A stretch of 64,000 bases of DNA from contig NIVC01002026.1 of the NCBI GenBank assembly GCA_002269645.1, positions 124,001 through 188,000 of the forward strand, written 5' to 3'. Shown in pieces: positions 41,465-54,354 of the stretch (position 1 is its first letter; every line of letters begins with the position of its first letter). A program made the translations under genes and the position numbers. This DNA comes from Macrostomum lignano. Lineage: Eukaryota. The notes below the pieces were generated by a model that saw only the letters and a list, made by a program, of their open reading frames with translations, was not told where the DNA came from and did not search any database.

Positions 41465-41912
41465 TCAGTTGCCGCAGGCCCAGCGCGCCATCCGCAGTTG
41501 GCTGGCCGCCTGCAGCCGGCAGACGCACTGGAACAGCTTCACCGCCGGGCCGAGCCGCAGGCCGAGACAGGCCAGCACGTCGCCCCTGCGCAGCAGCATC
41601 AGCGCTTCGCCGTCGATTTCTTGAGTCCGGAAAGCCGCCGCCGCCTCGGCGAATCCTCGAGCTCGGAGCCAGTCGGCGACTTCCTCGATTGTCCAGGCGG
41701 ATGCGTCGACGTCGTAGATGGAAGAATCGTCGTCCAGATCGTCGTCGTAGTAGTCGGCATCGTCCAGATCTTCGGTTTCGGATTGCTCTTCAACTGATTT
41801 GCCTGTTGCTGCTTTTGCTGAGTCGATTGCTTCTGCTGTATCGGATTCTTCTTTTTCTTCTGCAGTTGTGCAGTCGTCTGCTTTTGCTGGCTGGGGTCCG
41901 TCGACTTGCTTG
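41465..41912 (-). CDS. SAMD1: SAMD1-like protein, exon 2 (acidic linker + C-terminal SAM domain)
   Basis: tctccag|C acceptor, phase 2; WTIEEVADWL..GF...AAAFRTQEIDGEALMLL..DVLACLGLRLGPAVKL. Confidence 0.85.
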
Positions 41913-41959
41913 CTGGAGATGAGGTTTGCGGAGTTCGTTGAAAAATTCAAACGATCTTG

Positions 41960-43010
41960 GGAGGGGCATATCTTCTGGTGGAGGAGCGGACCTTTTAGAG
42001 GAAAGGGCGGATCTTTTGGTGGGAGGGGCGGATCTCTGATGGGAGGGGCGGATCTCTGATTGGAGGGGCGGATCTTCTGGGGGAAAGGGCGGATCTTCTG
42101 GTGGAGGAGCGGACCTTTTAGAGGAAAGGGCGGATCTTTTGGTGGGAGGGGCGGATCTCTGATGGGAGGGGCGGATCTCTGATTGGAGGGGCGGATCTTC
42201 TGGGGGAAAGGGCGGATCTTCTGGTGGAGGAGCGGACCTTTTAGAGGAAAGGGCGGATCTTTTGGTGGGAGGGGCGGATCTCTGATGGGAGGGGCGGATC
42301 TTCTGGGGGAAAGGGCGGATCTTCTGGTGGGAGGGGCGGATCTTCTGCTGGGAGGGGCGGATCTCTGGAGGGAAGGGCGGATCCTTTAGTGGGATGGGCG
42401 GATCCTCTAGTGGGAGGGGCGGATCTCTGATGGGAGGGGCGGATCTCTGATTGGAGGGGCGGATCTTCTGGGGGAAAGGGCGGATCTTCTGGTGGAGGAG
42501 CGGACCTTTTAGAGGAAAGGGCGGATCTTTTGGTGGGAGGGGCGGATCTTCTGGGGGAAAGGGCGGATCTTCTGGTGGGAGGGGCGGATCTTCTGCTGGG
42601 AGGGGCGGATCTTCTGGGGGAAAGGGCGGATCTTCTGGTGGGAGGGGCAGATCTCTGATGGGAGGGGCGGATCTTCCGGTGGGAGGGGCGGATCTTCCGG
42701 TGGGAGGGGCGGATCTTCTGGTGGGAGGGGCGGATCTTCTGCTGGGAGGGGCGGATCTTCTGGGGAAAGGGCGGATCTTCTGGTGGGAGGGGCAGATCTC
42801 TGATGGGAGGGGCGGATCTTCCGATGGGAGGGGCGGATCTTCTGGTGGGAGGGGCGGATCTTCTGCTGGGAGGGGCGGATCTCTGGAGGGAAGGGCGGAT
42901 CCTTTAGTGGGATGGGCGGATCCTCTAGTGGGAGGGGCGGATCTTCTGATGAGAGGGGCGGATCTTCTGGTGGGAGGTGCGGACCTTCTGATAGGAGGGG
43001 CGTATTTGGC
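41960..43010. repeat. ~21-bp GC-box-rich minisatellite in the SAMD1-like intron
   Basis: Unit GGGAGGGGCGGATCTTCTGGT with higher-order ~125-bp repeats at the low-coordinate end. Confidence 0.93.
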
Positions 43011-43089
43011 GGTGCAGAGGGGCGGATATTGTAGTAAAAGAGGTGAATTATTAAGAATCTGCATCAAAACAAGTATATTGTTGACTCAC

Positions 43090-44111
43090 ATTAAGTCGCT
43101 GCTGCCTTCGGTCGCATCTGCAGGCTCAGCTGTGCAGCCGATGGCACAGTCCATTGAAAGCTCATCTCTGTGAGATTCGACAACAGACTTTCTCAAGACT
43201 TCACTTTCGATAACTTCGTCCTTCAAATAGCCCCCAGGCTGCTCAGTCTTGACCACCGCAGGCGCTAGGGCAGAAGCAGACGAAACGGTCAGATCCAAAG
43301 CTTGAAACGGCTCAACCTCTTCATCTTTGACTTCAGCTTTGGAACAGCTGGAATTTGAGACGGCTGCTGCTTGAGCAGAATCGGTCGCTTGAGTCTGCTT
43401 TCGCTTCTTTTGAATCGCTCGCTCCCCAGTTGAGCAGGTGCTGGCACTTGATGATGATAGTTTGTTGCGCCACTTTGCCGCATTGCGATATGACACCGAG
43501 CCCTTGTACTCAACACGCAGCACCGCGCCCTCCTCTACTAGGCGTTCCAGAGCTCTCGCGATTGTCTCCCGAGGCAGGCCAAGCTGCCGCGACATCATCG
43601 AGCAGATCCGATCAGCGTCTGGACGAGCTTTGCGCTCTCTGAGACGGTCAATGATTGACAGCAGGCTGGATTTGAGACTGGCCGGATTGCTGTCTATGGC
43701 CGAAGGCTCCGGTGTTGGCAGAGGCGTCGGCAGTTCGGCTGCAGCAGCTGCAGACGATGTAATTACATGAGACTGCTGTAACAGCTGCTCATGTTGCAGC
43801 ATCAACTGTTGCTGCTGAGCCAGAAATACTTGGCTGAGATTGTGCTGCACATGTTGCTGAGGATGATGATGGTACATGTAAAGAGGATGCTGGGAAGCTG
43901 GTGGATAAAATGCAGCGTAGGCGTAGTGCTGGCTCAAAGCAGCTGCAGCTTCTAAAAGCAGAGCGTGCTGCTGCTGCTGCTGTTGCTGTTGTAGCAGCTG
44001 GTGCTGCTGAAGAGGCAGAGGCCAGTGGCTGTTGCTCATCCCGGATGTCGACGCAGCAGCAGCCGCAGCAGTGGAGCTTTTTGAAGAAGCGACATACATG
44101 TCGGATTTCAT
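43090..44111 (-). CDS. SAMD1: SAMD1/atherin-like protein, exon 1 (polyQ/polyA + SAMD1-type winged helix)
   Basis: LLSIIDRLRERKARPDADRICSMMSRQLGL...LERLVEEGAVLRVEYKGSVSYRNAAK matches the SAMD1/KAT6 CpG-binding WH motif; AT|GTGAGT donor, phase 2. Confidence 0.8.
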
Positions 44112-45264
44112 GACTGAACTATGAGTATTAAAAATCGCTGGAGATTTCTTGGAATCGCGTCAAATGTCTTAAGATCGTCTTTGTCCGGCGGTTGGGAAGC
44201 TGCGTCTCAGGCCGTCCTTAATACTCGTAGCCACTGCTATATAGAATATACTAATACTATATAACATAGGAAGACCGATGGGGGAGGGAGAGGGCGGGGT
44301 GGGATGGGAGGCGGTCGGGTCGCCGGGGCTGTCGGCCTGTCGCTTGCGTCGCACGCACGCACAGCACAAGAAGGGTAAAGGATGGGGCAGCGGGGGGGGC
44401 GGTTGGCCAGGGGGTTGGGGGCGGGGTGGTTGGTCGATCGCCGCCCCAAGGAGTTTCCGAGGCTCGAGAGTTGGCGGTTAGCTGGCCTGGCTGGGGGCTG
44501 ACTAACACACAAAACGGTTGGCTTGGGCTCTCTCGAGAGCGCGGAGAAAGAGAGGCTAGCGGCGCGAACACACTGGCAGGGAGGCTCCGTGCTTACTTAG
44601 CGGCTGGAGGGCCCTCTCTCCCTTGGGGGTTTTGGGCGGGTGGTGAGAGAGACGAAGCGAGGAAGCGATGGATGGAAGCGGCGGTGGCAGCGGCCACCGG
44701 GCACCCCTTAGCTTCCCAGCGCGCGGCGCATGCAATCAAAAGAAGTAAAAGGAAGGAAGATTGAAAGAAGGAATAAAGAGAGGCCGCCCATGGCCAAGGA
44801 GATTTGGAACTAGAATCTGGAATAGACAGCTCTGCAAAAAATCATTTTATTTGGCTACAAGAGTCAAGACACCTCCCATTGCGGTATATACGCTCTGGTG
44901 ATGGTAATTATTCACTCCGGAGCAACGCCTTCGGAACGCAACCAATACTGTTACGTAGACACCAAGAGAGAGGATAGAAATCCCATATACTGATCTCGAT
45001 GCCAGTGGCGGGCGGAACCCGACAGATGAAAAGAAGAAGCAAAAAAAGATTTGAGCATATGAATAAGTAAGCAAAGTAGCGAAGCTTACTTGACTGACAG
45101 ATCAGAGCGAGTGTGATAGAGACACAGAGAGAGAGATGCATCTAACCCCCCCCCCAGTAGAGCTCTAACCTTTAGTTAGTCGGTCACGCAAGCGGGAGAG
45201 AGAGAAAGAGAGAGAGAGAGAGAGAAAGAGAGACAAGACCGCGAGCGAAGCCAAATAGACACAT

Positions 45265-46678
45265 CCACACACCTGGAAGGGAAGACTTCCACACACCTGG
45301 AAGGAAGACTTCCACACACCTGGAAGGAAGACTTCCACACACCTGGAAGGAAGACTTCCATACACCTGGAAGGAAGACTTCCACACACCTGGAAGGAAGA
45401 CTTCCACACACCTGGAAGGAAGACTTCCATACACCTGGAAGGAAGACTTCCACACACCTGGAAGGAAGACTTCCACACACCTGGATGGAAGACTTCCATA
45501 CACCTGGAAGGAAGACTTCCACACACATGGAAGGAAGACTTCCACACACCTGGATGGAAGACTTCCACACACCTGGATGGAAGACTTCCATACACCTGGA
45601 AGGAAGACTTCCACACACCTGGAAGGAAGACTTCCACACACCTGGAAGGAAGACTTCCACACACCTGGAAGGAAGACTTCCACACACCTGGATGGAAGAC
45701 TTCCACACACCTGGATGGAAGACTTCCACACACCTGGAAGGAAGACTTCCATACACCTGGAAGGAAGACTTCCACACACCTGGAAGGAAGACTTCCACAC
45801 ACCTGGAAGGAAGACTTCCACACACCTGGAAGGAAGACTTCCATACACCTGGAAGGAAGACTTCCACACACCTGGAAGGAAGACTTCCACACACCTGGAA
45901 GGAAGACTTCCATACACCTGGAAGGAAGACTTCCACACACCTGGAAGGAAGACTTCCATACACCTGGAAGGAAGACTTCCACACACCTGGAAGGAAGACT
46001 TCCACACACCTGGAAGGAAGACTTCCACACACCTGGAAGGAAGACTTCCACACACCTGGAAGGAAGACTTCCACACACCTGGAAGGAAGACTTCCACACA
46101 CCTGGAAGGAAGACTTCCACACACCTGGAAGGAAGACTTCCATACACCTGGAAGGAAGACTTCCACACACCTGGAAGGAAGACTTCCACACACCTGGAAG
46201 GAAGACTTCCACACACCTGGAAGGAAGACTTCCACACACCTGGAAGGAAGACTTCCACACACCTGGAAGGAAGACTTCCACACACCTGGATGGAAGACTT
46301 CCATACACCTGGAAGGAAGACTTCCACACACCTGGAAGGAAGACTTCCACACACCTGGAAGGAAGACTTCCACACACCTGGAAGGAAGACTTCCATACAC
46401 CTGGAAGGAAGACTTCCACACACCTGGAAGGAAGACTTCCATACACCTGGAAGGAAGACTTCCACACACCTGGAAGGAAGACTTCCACACACCTGGAAGG
46501 AAGACTTCCACACACCTGGAAGGAAGACTTCCATACACCTGGAAGGAAGACTTCCACACACCTGGAAGGAAGACTTCCACACACCTGGAAGGAAGACTTC
46601 CACACACCTGGAAGGAAGACTTCCACACACCTGGAAGGAAGACTTCCACACACCTGGAAGGAAGACTTCCATACACCT
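45265..46678. repeat. Highly homogeneous 23-bp minisatellite (~61 copies)
   Basis: Unit CACACACCTGGAAGGAAGACTTC; variants limited mostly to CATAC and GGATG. Confidence 0.97.
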
Positions 46679-47784
46679 TAAAGTCCCTCTAACATAAAAA
46701 AGAAGCAAAACACGAAAATTCGGTGTAACAATTTAGAATTGTGTTGTCATCATTCCAACATTAAAATATTTAAAATAAATAAGTATTATTTATGAATAAT
46801 TTATTAGGCAAACGCGCACAGACAGACAGGAACAAGAATTAAACTAGGCAGTGTATAAGGGAGTGAAGAATAAACAAAGTGGCCACATAGTAGCAATTAT
46901 AGCATTTCCAATGACTAAAGTTAAACAAATAAACTCATATTTATTGTACATAACACACTTTTTTGAGTCTGTTCCGCCACTAAAATATTATTATTTTATT
47001 ATTATTACAGCATTCGATACGAGTGCCAAACACATACTACTGTCACAGATTAGTAGTAAGCGGATGAGTAGGCAAAGCAAAAAATTGCACTTATTCCAAA
47101 CGAAAAATAATATTATGTAGTGAAAAAGAAAATCAAAACATATAACAGAATTATAACAAAATAAAAAACATTTTTTTCCAGATTTGTTTGGCTTTTTTTG
47201 CATTTTGCGGCTTTCATTGCACCACAAGGTGAATTGCGAATGTCAATTAAATATTATTTGTTATAACGCCAATATTTTTTGCGAGTTGTATTTAATAACA
47301 GACAACAGTAAAACACTGAATTAAGGTTTTTTAATCTTGACTTTGACAAAATTGACTTCAATTTTAGCAGGCCAACAAAAAAAAATGAATGGCAAACCAA
47401 ATTTTGATGTCATCAATTTTGCTAAAGTCGAGATTGACAAAATAAATGATTAAGCAAACAAAAAAGTAAGACAAAACAAACAACAGAAAGTTATATCAAA
47501 TCAATAATATTAAAATCCATTTGCATACTAGGAGGACTCCGTCGTGTGGCACTTGTGACATGAGAGCTACTGACACAGGTAGTTGAATAAGTAGCAAATT
47601 CTATTGTACTAAAAATTTGTTCAATTCTTAATTCTTAGATTCTTCGTTTAAGCTTTTGCCTCTCGCTGTTATCTGCCTTCTCGCCTGCCACACTCAAAAA
47701 CTGTACGCGTAAATTCAGTGTAAGCTGGCTGCTGACTTCATGCCGAATGCTTGGGTTCCATTTACTGATGAAACGAAACTGCTG

Positions 47785-47940
47785 AAGGACAGACAGACAG
47801 ACACAGGAAGACACACAGACAGACACAGACACACACACAGACAGACAGACAGACACAGACAGCCAGACAGACACAGACACAGACAGGCAGAAAGACAGAC
47901 AGACACACAGACAGACAGACAGACAGAAAGACAGACAGAC

Positions 47941-48013
<73 letters not shown>

Positions 48014-48126
48014 AAGACAGACACAGAGAGCCAGACAGACACAGACAGCCAGACAGACAGACAGACAGACAGACACAGACAGACAGACACAGACAGACAC
48101 AGACAGACAGACAAACACAGACAGAC

Positions 48127-48157
<31 letters not shown>

Positions 48158-48235
48158 CAGACAGACAGACAGACAGACACAGACAGACACAGACAGACAG
48201 ACACAGACAGACACAGACAGACACAGACAGACAGT
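47785..48235. repeat. (GACA)n/(GACACA)n compound microsatellite
   Basis: Direct inspection. Confidence 0.95.
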
Positions 48236-49298
48236 TATTTGCAAAATTACAATAGATTGGGCAAGCCCTAATCAGACAGGCAAAATAGCAAAAATTGATT
48301 TCAGCACTATCCAGCAGACACAATGAACCCAATATGTGTCTCACGCTATAAAGTTGAGTTTGTCACAAAAAATAAGATTATAGAAGGTTCTAAGACACAG
48401 ACAGAACAGAAAACAGACACAGAACAGGGTGCAGCGGCAAGGACCAAATATAATTTCTTCAAGAAACCGACCTTTTGTACAACAAAAGCTCCGCGGTAGT
48501 GAAGGGAAAAAAACATTTTTTTGGCTGAGAAAAATTGAAATATGCTAGAAAAATAAGTTAATAATAAAAAACACTGCTGTAATCGATGAAGCCGGCAAAA
48601 CGGAGACAGACAAATAGATAGAATTTGAAATTCAACCAGAACGCTTGGCCATAAAATGAAATATAAATATTTTTACGGATAGGTTACATGCATACAATTT
48701 GGGTATTTTTGTTAAAAATAGATTATTAGTGTCAACTAAACTTGAAAAAATATTTAAAAAAATGTCTAGGGGTTAAGTCATTGCGAAATCTCGGATTGCA
48801 ATACTACGAGTACAACAGAGTTCAGATCCCCATCAACAGGGTCTTTTTGAAGGCCGATTTGTCACCTAGAAAATTTACACACTGAATAATCTGCGTAATT
48901 TCGAATTTAATATTAGCAACTCTATATAGCCTACTTGAGTTAGTAGAAAGTTAAGCACTTTGTGAATTGTTTGCAATGACTCTTCAGCGATTTTCTAGTC
49001 TAAATATAGTTACGAAAAAACACAAGTGACCTTATTTAATATAGTTTTTTTTGCAGTCCATTTGGACTTACGCGCAATTAAGTCAATCCAAAATATGCTT
49101 GCCAATGTAATATGGAGCTTCTGTCTATGGTAGCAAGCTTCTTCTAGCAAGCAAGCTTCATTTGCCTTGCTACCATAGACAAAAGCTTCATATTACATTG
49201 GCAAGCATATCTTGGACCAAATTCAATGCGCGTAGGCTCAAATCTTTTTATCTTAAGATTATCTAGAATGTTTATTGCACTCATACCGAACAGTGGAC

Positions 49299-49657
49299 TC
49301 AAAGAAACGGATTGAAACTGGCTGCAGCGGAGCCGGGCTGTTGCTGTTGCTGCTGCTGCTGTTGATGGCTGCCCCAAGGATTGCTGGCCGCCGGATAGCT
49401 GGTCATAGCGGACACGCCATGCTGAGCGGGGGCCTGAATTAGCGGGGGCGGTAGGCCAAACTCACTGCTGCCACCGGGCTGAAATCCTGCAGTAGCTTGG
49501 CTGTTCTGCCGTTGCTGCAGCTCAGCCAGACTTGGCCCAGCCTGCTGCTGCTGATGGAACGGATTCGCAATGGAGGAGTTCGGCCTGCCCGGTGCCGCTG
49601 GGTTGCCAAATACGCTGCCACCGCCTCCGCCAAACGGGTTCGAGGGGCCTGAGGGAC
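49299..49657 (-). CDS. EPN2: Epsin last exon (three NPF motifs, ends NPFL*)
   Basis: tgcag|GT; SNPFGG, ANPFHQ, FNPFL-stop. Total spliced protein about 594 aa. Confidence 0.9.
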
Positions 49658-49704
49658 CTGCAGAGTGTAGGACAGGATAGGGGAGATTAATGATGGAAGC
49701 AAGG

Positions 49705-50315
49705 TAAGAAGAGGTAGATAGGGGAGAGTTAGATAGGGAAGAGGTAGATAGGGCAGAGGTAGATAGGAGAGGTAGATAGGGCAGAGGTAGATAGGGGAGA
49801 GGTAGATAGGGCAGAGGTAGATAGGGGAGAGGTAGATAGGGAAGAGGTAGATAGGGAGAGGTAGATAGGAGAGGTAGATAGGGCAGAGGTAGATACGGGA
49901 GAGGTAGATAGGGGAGAGGTAGATAGGGGTGAGGTAGATAGGGCAGAGGTAGATAGGGGAGAGTTAGATAGGGAAGAGGTAGATAGGGGAGAGGTAGATA
50001 GGAGAGGTAGATAGGGCAGAGGTAGATAAGGGAGAGGTAGATAAGGCAGAGGTAGATAGGGGAGAGTTAGATAGGGAAGAGGTAGATAGGGGTGAGGTAG
50101 ATAGGGGTGAGGTAGATAGGGCAGAGGTAGATATGTGAGAGGTTAGATAGGGCAGAGGTAGATACGGGAGAGGTAGATAGTGAAGAGGTAGATAGGGGAG
50201 AGGTAGATAGGGAAGAGGTAGATAGGGGAGAGGTAGATAGGGGAGAGGTAGATAGGGGAGAGGTAGATAGGGCAGAGGTAGATAGGGCAGAGGTAGATAG
50301 GGGAGAGGTAGATAA
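49705..50315. repeat. GAGGTAGATAGGG(A/C/G)A purine-rich array in the epsin last intron
   Basis: Direct inspection; related array at 18712-19095. Confidence 0.93.
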
Positions 50316-50428
50316 ATGTGCGAGAGGGAGAAAAGAAACTTTAATTAAATACAAGAAATATGAAACATGAATATTGTCCAACATGAAGCATCAAGGACAA
50401 GACTCGAACTCAGGACTCTCACTCTTAC

Positions 50429-50692
50429 CCTTAGGCTTGGTAACCAGACTATCCAGATTCACTAAGCCGCCATGTTCGCCGAGAAAATCCATTGCTGACT
50501 TGGCTCTGGGTGGTTGCTGCGCTGCCGCCGAGGCTTGCTGCTGTTGCTGTTGCTGCTGGTCCATTGTCCAGCCGCCGCCGCCTCCAAGCAGGTCGCCTTG
50601 GGAGCCGCCGATTCCACCGCCGAAGCCACCCCCGCCGCTGGCTGCGAAAGCGGTTGAGCCATCGGTTGCCCAAGGATCTTGGGCTGTGGGTC
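50429..50692 (-). CDS. EPN2: Epsin exon (DPW and FLGEHGGLVNLDSLV clathrin-box-like motif)
   Basis: cgcag|GA; resembles the epsin FLG.NA.LV.LDSLV motif; G|GTAAG donor, phase 1. Confidence 0.88.
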
Positions 50693-50748
50693 CTGCGGGT
50701 TGTATTATTATTAATAGGAATCATTACATAATATAAAGATTATATAAT

Positions 50749-51046
50749 TGATTACACCTGCCCTAATTAGGCCAGATATGCAACCGACAGCTCAGCCGCA
50801 GCTATTGCGCGGCGCATCTGAAGGCTGCGTACGGCTGTTCAGTCTAAGCCTTTAAGGACGGGGGAGGGGGGTCACCACACGCACCCTCAATTATCCCAGC
50901 AAATGCTGGCACCAATTTTACAGCTGGGTGAACTGAAGCAATGCAGAGTTAATTGTCTCTTGCTCAAGGAAGGACACAAATTGTTCCGAGTGAGTCGAGA
51001 ATCGAACCCCCGACCTTTCAGTCGTGAGTCCGACGCTCTGACCACT
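50749..51046 (-). mobile_element. tRNA-derived CORE-type SINE, copy 2 (epsin intron)
   Basis: Aligns along its length with 40219-40508. Confidence 0.82.
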
Positions 51047-51102
51047 AACAATCGATAAAACAAACAATAATTTGTTCAACTTTTTGAAGACAGACAGCTC
51101 AC

Positions 51103-51246
51103 CTGTAGAGCCGGCAGCACCCCCAGTCTGATCTCGGCCTCCCAGCAGGTCGAATTCGTCAACTGGCGCTGCTGGCTGCTGCTGTTGGAGAGGCGCCCCA
51201 GCTGCCGCCCAGGGATCGCCAGATGCAGGGGGTGCAGCTGAGAATG
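51103..51246 (-). CDS. EPN2: Epsin exon (DPW, DEFDLL)
   Basis: cgcag|CA acceptor, phase 1; FSAAPPASGDPW...VDEFDLLGG; G|GTGAG donor, phase 1. Confidence 0.82.
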
Positions 51247-51339
51247 CTGCGGGTGCGATTTTGGGTAGGGGAAGGAGGGACCTTGAGACACTTGATTATA
51301 AAATAATTATTCGATACCTATTATAATTATCGATTATAA

Positions 51340-51690
51340 TCTCACTTCTTACAATTTCTAGTCTACATGGAAATCTCACTATTTTTAATTTCTAGTCTCT
51401 ATGGAAATCTCACCCTTAGATTCCTATTCTACATGGAAATCTCACTATTTTTAATTTCTAGTCTCCATGGAAATCTCACCCTTACAATTTCTAGTCTTTA
51501 TGGAAATCCCACCCTTAAAATTCCAAGTCTCCATGAAAATCTCACCTTTAGAATTTCTAGTCTCCATGGGAAATCTCACCCTTTGATTCCTTGTCTTTAT
51601 GGAAATCTCACCCTTACAATTCCTAGTTTTCATGGCAATCTCACCCTTATATTTTTAACACATATGGAAGTCTCACTTCCTAGGGAAATC
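51340..51690. repeat. ~33-bp diverged tandem array in epsin intron
   Basis: GGAAATCTCACCCTTACAATTTCTAGTCTCTAT-like units. Confidence 0.85.
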
Positions 51691-51744
51691 TCGTGCAGAA
51701 GATTTTTATTTAGATTTCAAATCTCATCAATCAATTGGTCTCAC

Positions 51745-51958
51745 CATCTTGGTTCAGGCCACCGCCACCGCCGCCACCCCAGGGGTCAGCCAAGGACGCA
51801 GTTGGAGCTGCAGTTGCCGCACCGCCACCCCAAGGATCTCCGCTGGTATCGAATCCGTTGCTAGGGACGCCACCACTGGTTGCTATGCTGGCAGCTGGCG
51901 CCACCGGTGCAGCCCAAGGATCCGAGCCGGAGGAGAAAGCCGTGTCGATTAGCTCGCT
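51745..51958 (-). CDS. EPN2: Epsin exon with three DPW motifs
   Basis: tacag|AGC; SDPW, GDPW, ADPW; G|GTGAG donor, phase 1. Confidence 0.88.
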
Positions 51959-52469
51959 CTGTAAATATTAAAAATATATATTTTACATGTAGAATTTACG
52001 TCCCCGGGTTCGAATCCTGAGTAGAGAAAAAATCTTATAAAATAAAGTGTAATAGTGATGATTATCTCACCGTTGCACCATGATTAGAGTCTTTGTTCTT
52101 GCGATTCTGAAAATTATGAAAACAAAAAGCTAAATATAATTCTATATATATGCATATAGTGTTAACCCCATAGATACATAAAAGCATCGCATATTAAAAT
52201 CACCAAATTGTAACACAGTTAATTAAAGCTTTACTTTATAACAGGTAACACAGCTAAGGTGTCGCAAAACCGCTAGCCAGCAATCTACTATAACTGATTT
52301 AATCTGCAGAATCTGATGACGAATTCAGATTTGAAGTGTTTGTTTACATGCGCAAATTTGTAGCAGTAGAATATGACCATTGATTTAAGCACTAAGCATA
52401 AGTATGGCTTGCATTTTATTAGGAGAAATTAATATTTCTTGGGTCTTTCTTATGCACATTAATTTTGAG

Positions 52470-52860
52470 GCTGGTGTTTGAGGCTGATGTTTGAGGCTGG
52501 TGTTTGAGGCTGGCTGATGTTTGAGGCTGGTGTTTGAGGCTGGCTGATGTTTGAGGCTGGTGTTTGAGGCTGATGTTTGAGGCTGGTGTTTGAGGCTGAT
52601 GTTTGAGGCTGGTGTTTGAGGCTGATGTTTGAGGCTGGTGTTTGAGGCTGGCTGATGTTTGAGGCTGGTGTTTGAGGCTGATGTTTGAGGCTGATGTTTG
52701 AGGCTGATGTTTGAGGCTGGTGTTTGAGGCTGGTGTTTGAGGCTGGTGTTTGAGGCTGGTGTTTGAGGCGCGCTGATATTTGAGGCTGATGTTTGAGGCT
52801 GGTGTTTGAGGCGCGCTGATATTTGAGGCTGATGTTTGAGGCTGGTGTTTGAGGCTGGCT
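52470..52860. repeat. 13-bp tandem TGTTTGAGGCTG(G/A)
   Basis: Direct inspection. Confidence 0.93.
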
Positions 52861-53339
52861 GGTCTCTACGGACTACGGAGATAGGAACTTTTCAGTTTTA
52901 TTTCAGCACAAAAATTGTTGTCGATTTTGATAGGAGGCACTGAGGCAGATCCAATACTCACTTTTTGATGTGTTGTGCCTTGCTTATAGCAGCTCTATTA
53001 TTATTCATAAATTTAGAAAATTAGAATTCAATATTAATCTTTTTTGTTACGTACAATTAATTGTACGTATTAATTGTGATTGTAATTGTATCTCTGTAGT
53101 GTATTTTTCGGCAAAAACCAGTCTCATAATAAACAGTTTTTTAAGAAACGTATTTTCCCCGACCTTCTACCGAAGTAGTTATTGGTATGGCCAAGTATTA
53201 TTGTGCTAAATGTCTATGGCCGATACACCACTATATATAAATGCCATTACTCCTTTACTCATTACTTTTGACTATGCCAGGTTTAACAAAAACGGCCTAG
53301 CATAACCCAGTTTTCAACAGCCAGACTGCACGAGAAGCT

Positions 53340-53437
53340 TTGGAGCAAGGACTATAGGCCTTGATGAAGTTGATGAACAACTATTCCCATAACGAGGACG
53401 CTGCCGGTACACGCAGTACATGCCAACGGAGCCTCAG
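53340..53437 (+). pseudogene. piggyBac transposase remnant
   Basis: VDEQLFP*RGRCRYTQYMP matches the piggyBac VDEQL.PFRGRC..QY.P motif around a catalytic Asp; contains a stop; no termini found. Confidence 0.65.
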
Positions 53438-53844
53438 TCTTGATGAGCATGTTGTGCTAAAGTTTCCAACTCCAAGAGGCTTGAGTTGTCACCCAAGCCC
53501 TAGTCGCTGCCACGTAAAAAATTAAAGATTAAAATTAGCAATCTTTACTCCAAGACTAGAGACTTTCAGAATCAAATTTCTCTCTCAAAATTTTTTGACC
53601 ATGCTTTTAGACTATCAAAAAAATCTTAGGGACTTTAATCGTGTTGAGCACACGCACACACACTTTGGAATGAACAGGTTTCTTTATCAGCCAGTGATAA
53701 AAATTCAATTTTTTTATTCTGTTCAAAAAAATCCAGATTTCAATGCCAAATTTGTCTACAAAAATATTATACTCACTTGTCCAATAATGAACAATCATTT
53801 AACCAGTGTATTTACTTCAATCCGATTATAAGCTCTCAACTTAC

Positions 53845-53934
53845 ATCATCATCTTCTTTTGTAAAAGCAACAGTTGAATTATCGAGCTTCTCCTGTTGCT
53901 GCTGCTTGGGTGGCATGCGAAGCGGGGAAAGAAC
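53845..53934 (-). CDS. EPN2: Epsin candidate 90-nt exon
   Basis: ttcag|GTT...GAT|GTAAGT, phase 0-0, VLSPLRMPPKQQQQEKLDNSTVAFTKEDDD; no family motif, supported by splice signals only. Confidence 0.55.
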
Positions 53935-54083
53935 CTGAACACAGGGACGGTGGGAGCTTTAAAGAGAGCTACAAACAAATATTGCACTTATAATCAGCTC
54001 TATAGCGGAGTTGAGAACTGCCTCGGCCCGAACTCCCAGTGTTGAAAACAGTTAGCGAGTCAAGGCCGGCCTTTAAAACTTAC

Positions 54084-54300
54084 CTCGTCTTCCTTCTTGC
54101 TTGCCTCAAGCGCCATCTTCAATTTTATCTCCTCTTTATGACCCTCGGCTTCGCGCCGCTTCAGCTCCTGCTCGTGCTCTTCCCTAGAGATGGCCAGCGC
54201 CAGCTGCAGTTGCAGGTCTTCAGCCTCCTGCGCCGCGGCCGCGCCTCCAGTGGTTGTGGCGGCGCTGGACTCAGACCGGCGCTGCGCTTCCATGCGGGAT
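54084..54300 (-). CDS. EPN2: Epsin exon 2 (two UIMs)
   Basis: cag|A acceptor, phase 2; EDLQLQLALAISREE and EEIKLKMALEASKKE; GAG|GTAAGT donor. Confidence 0.9.
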
Positions 54301-54354
54301 CTGAGTGGGAAATTTCAAATCTAGCTTACAACCTTTTCATGACTATCTATGTAC

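Noticed and set aside
45165-46708. ~500-aa ORFs in several frames
   Set aside because: Artefact of a stop-free 23-bp tandem repeat; open in all frames on both strands.
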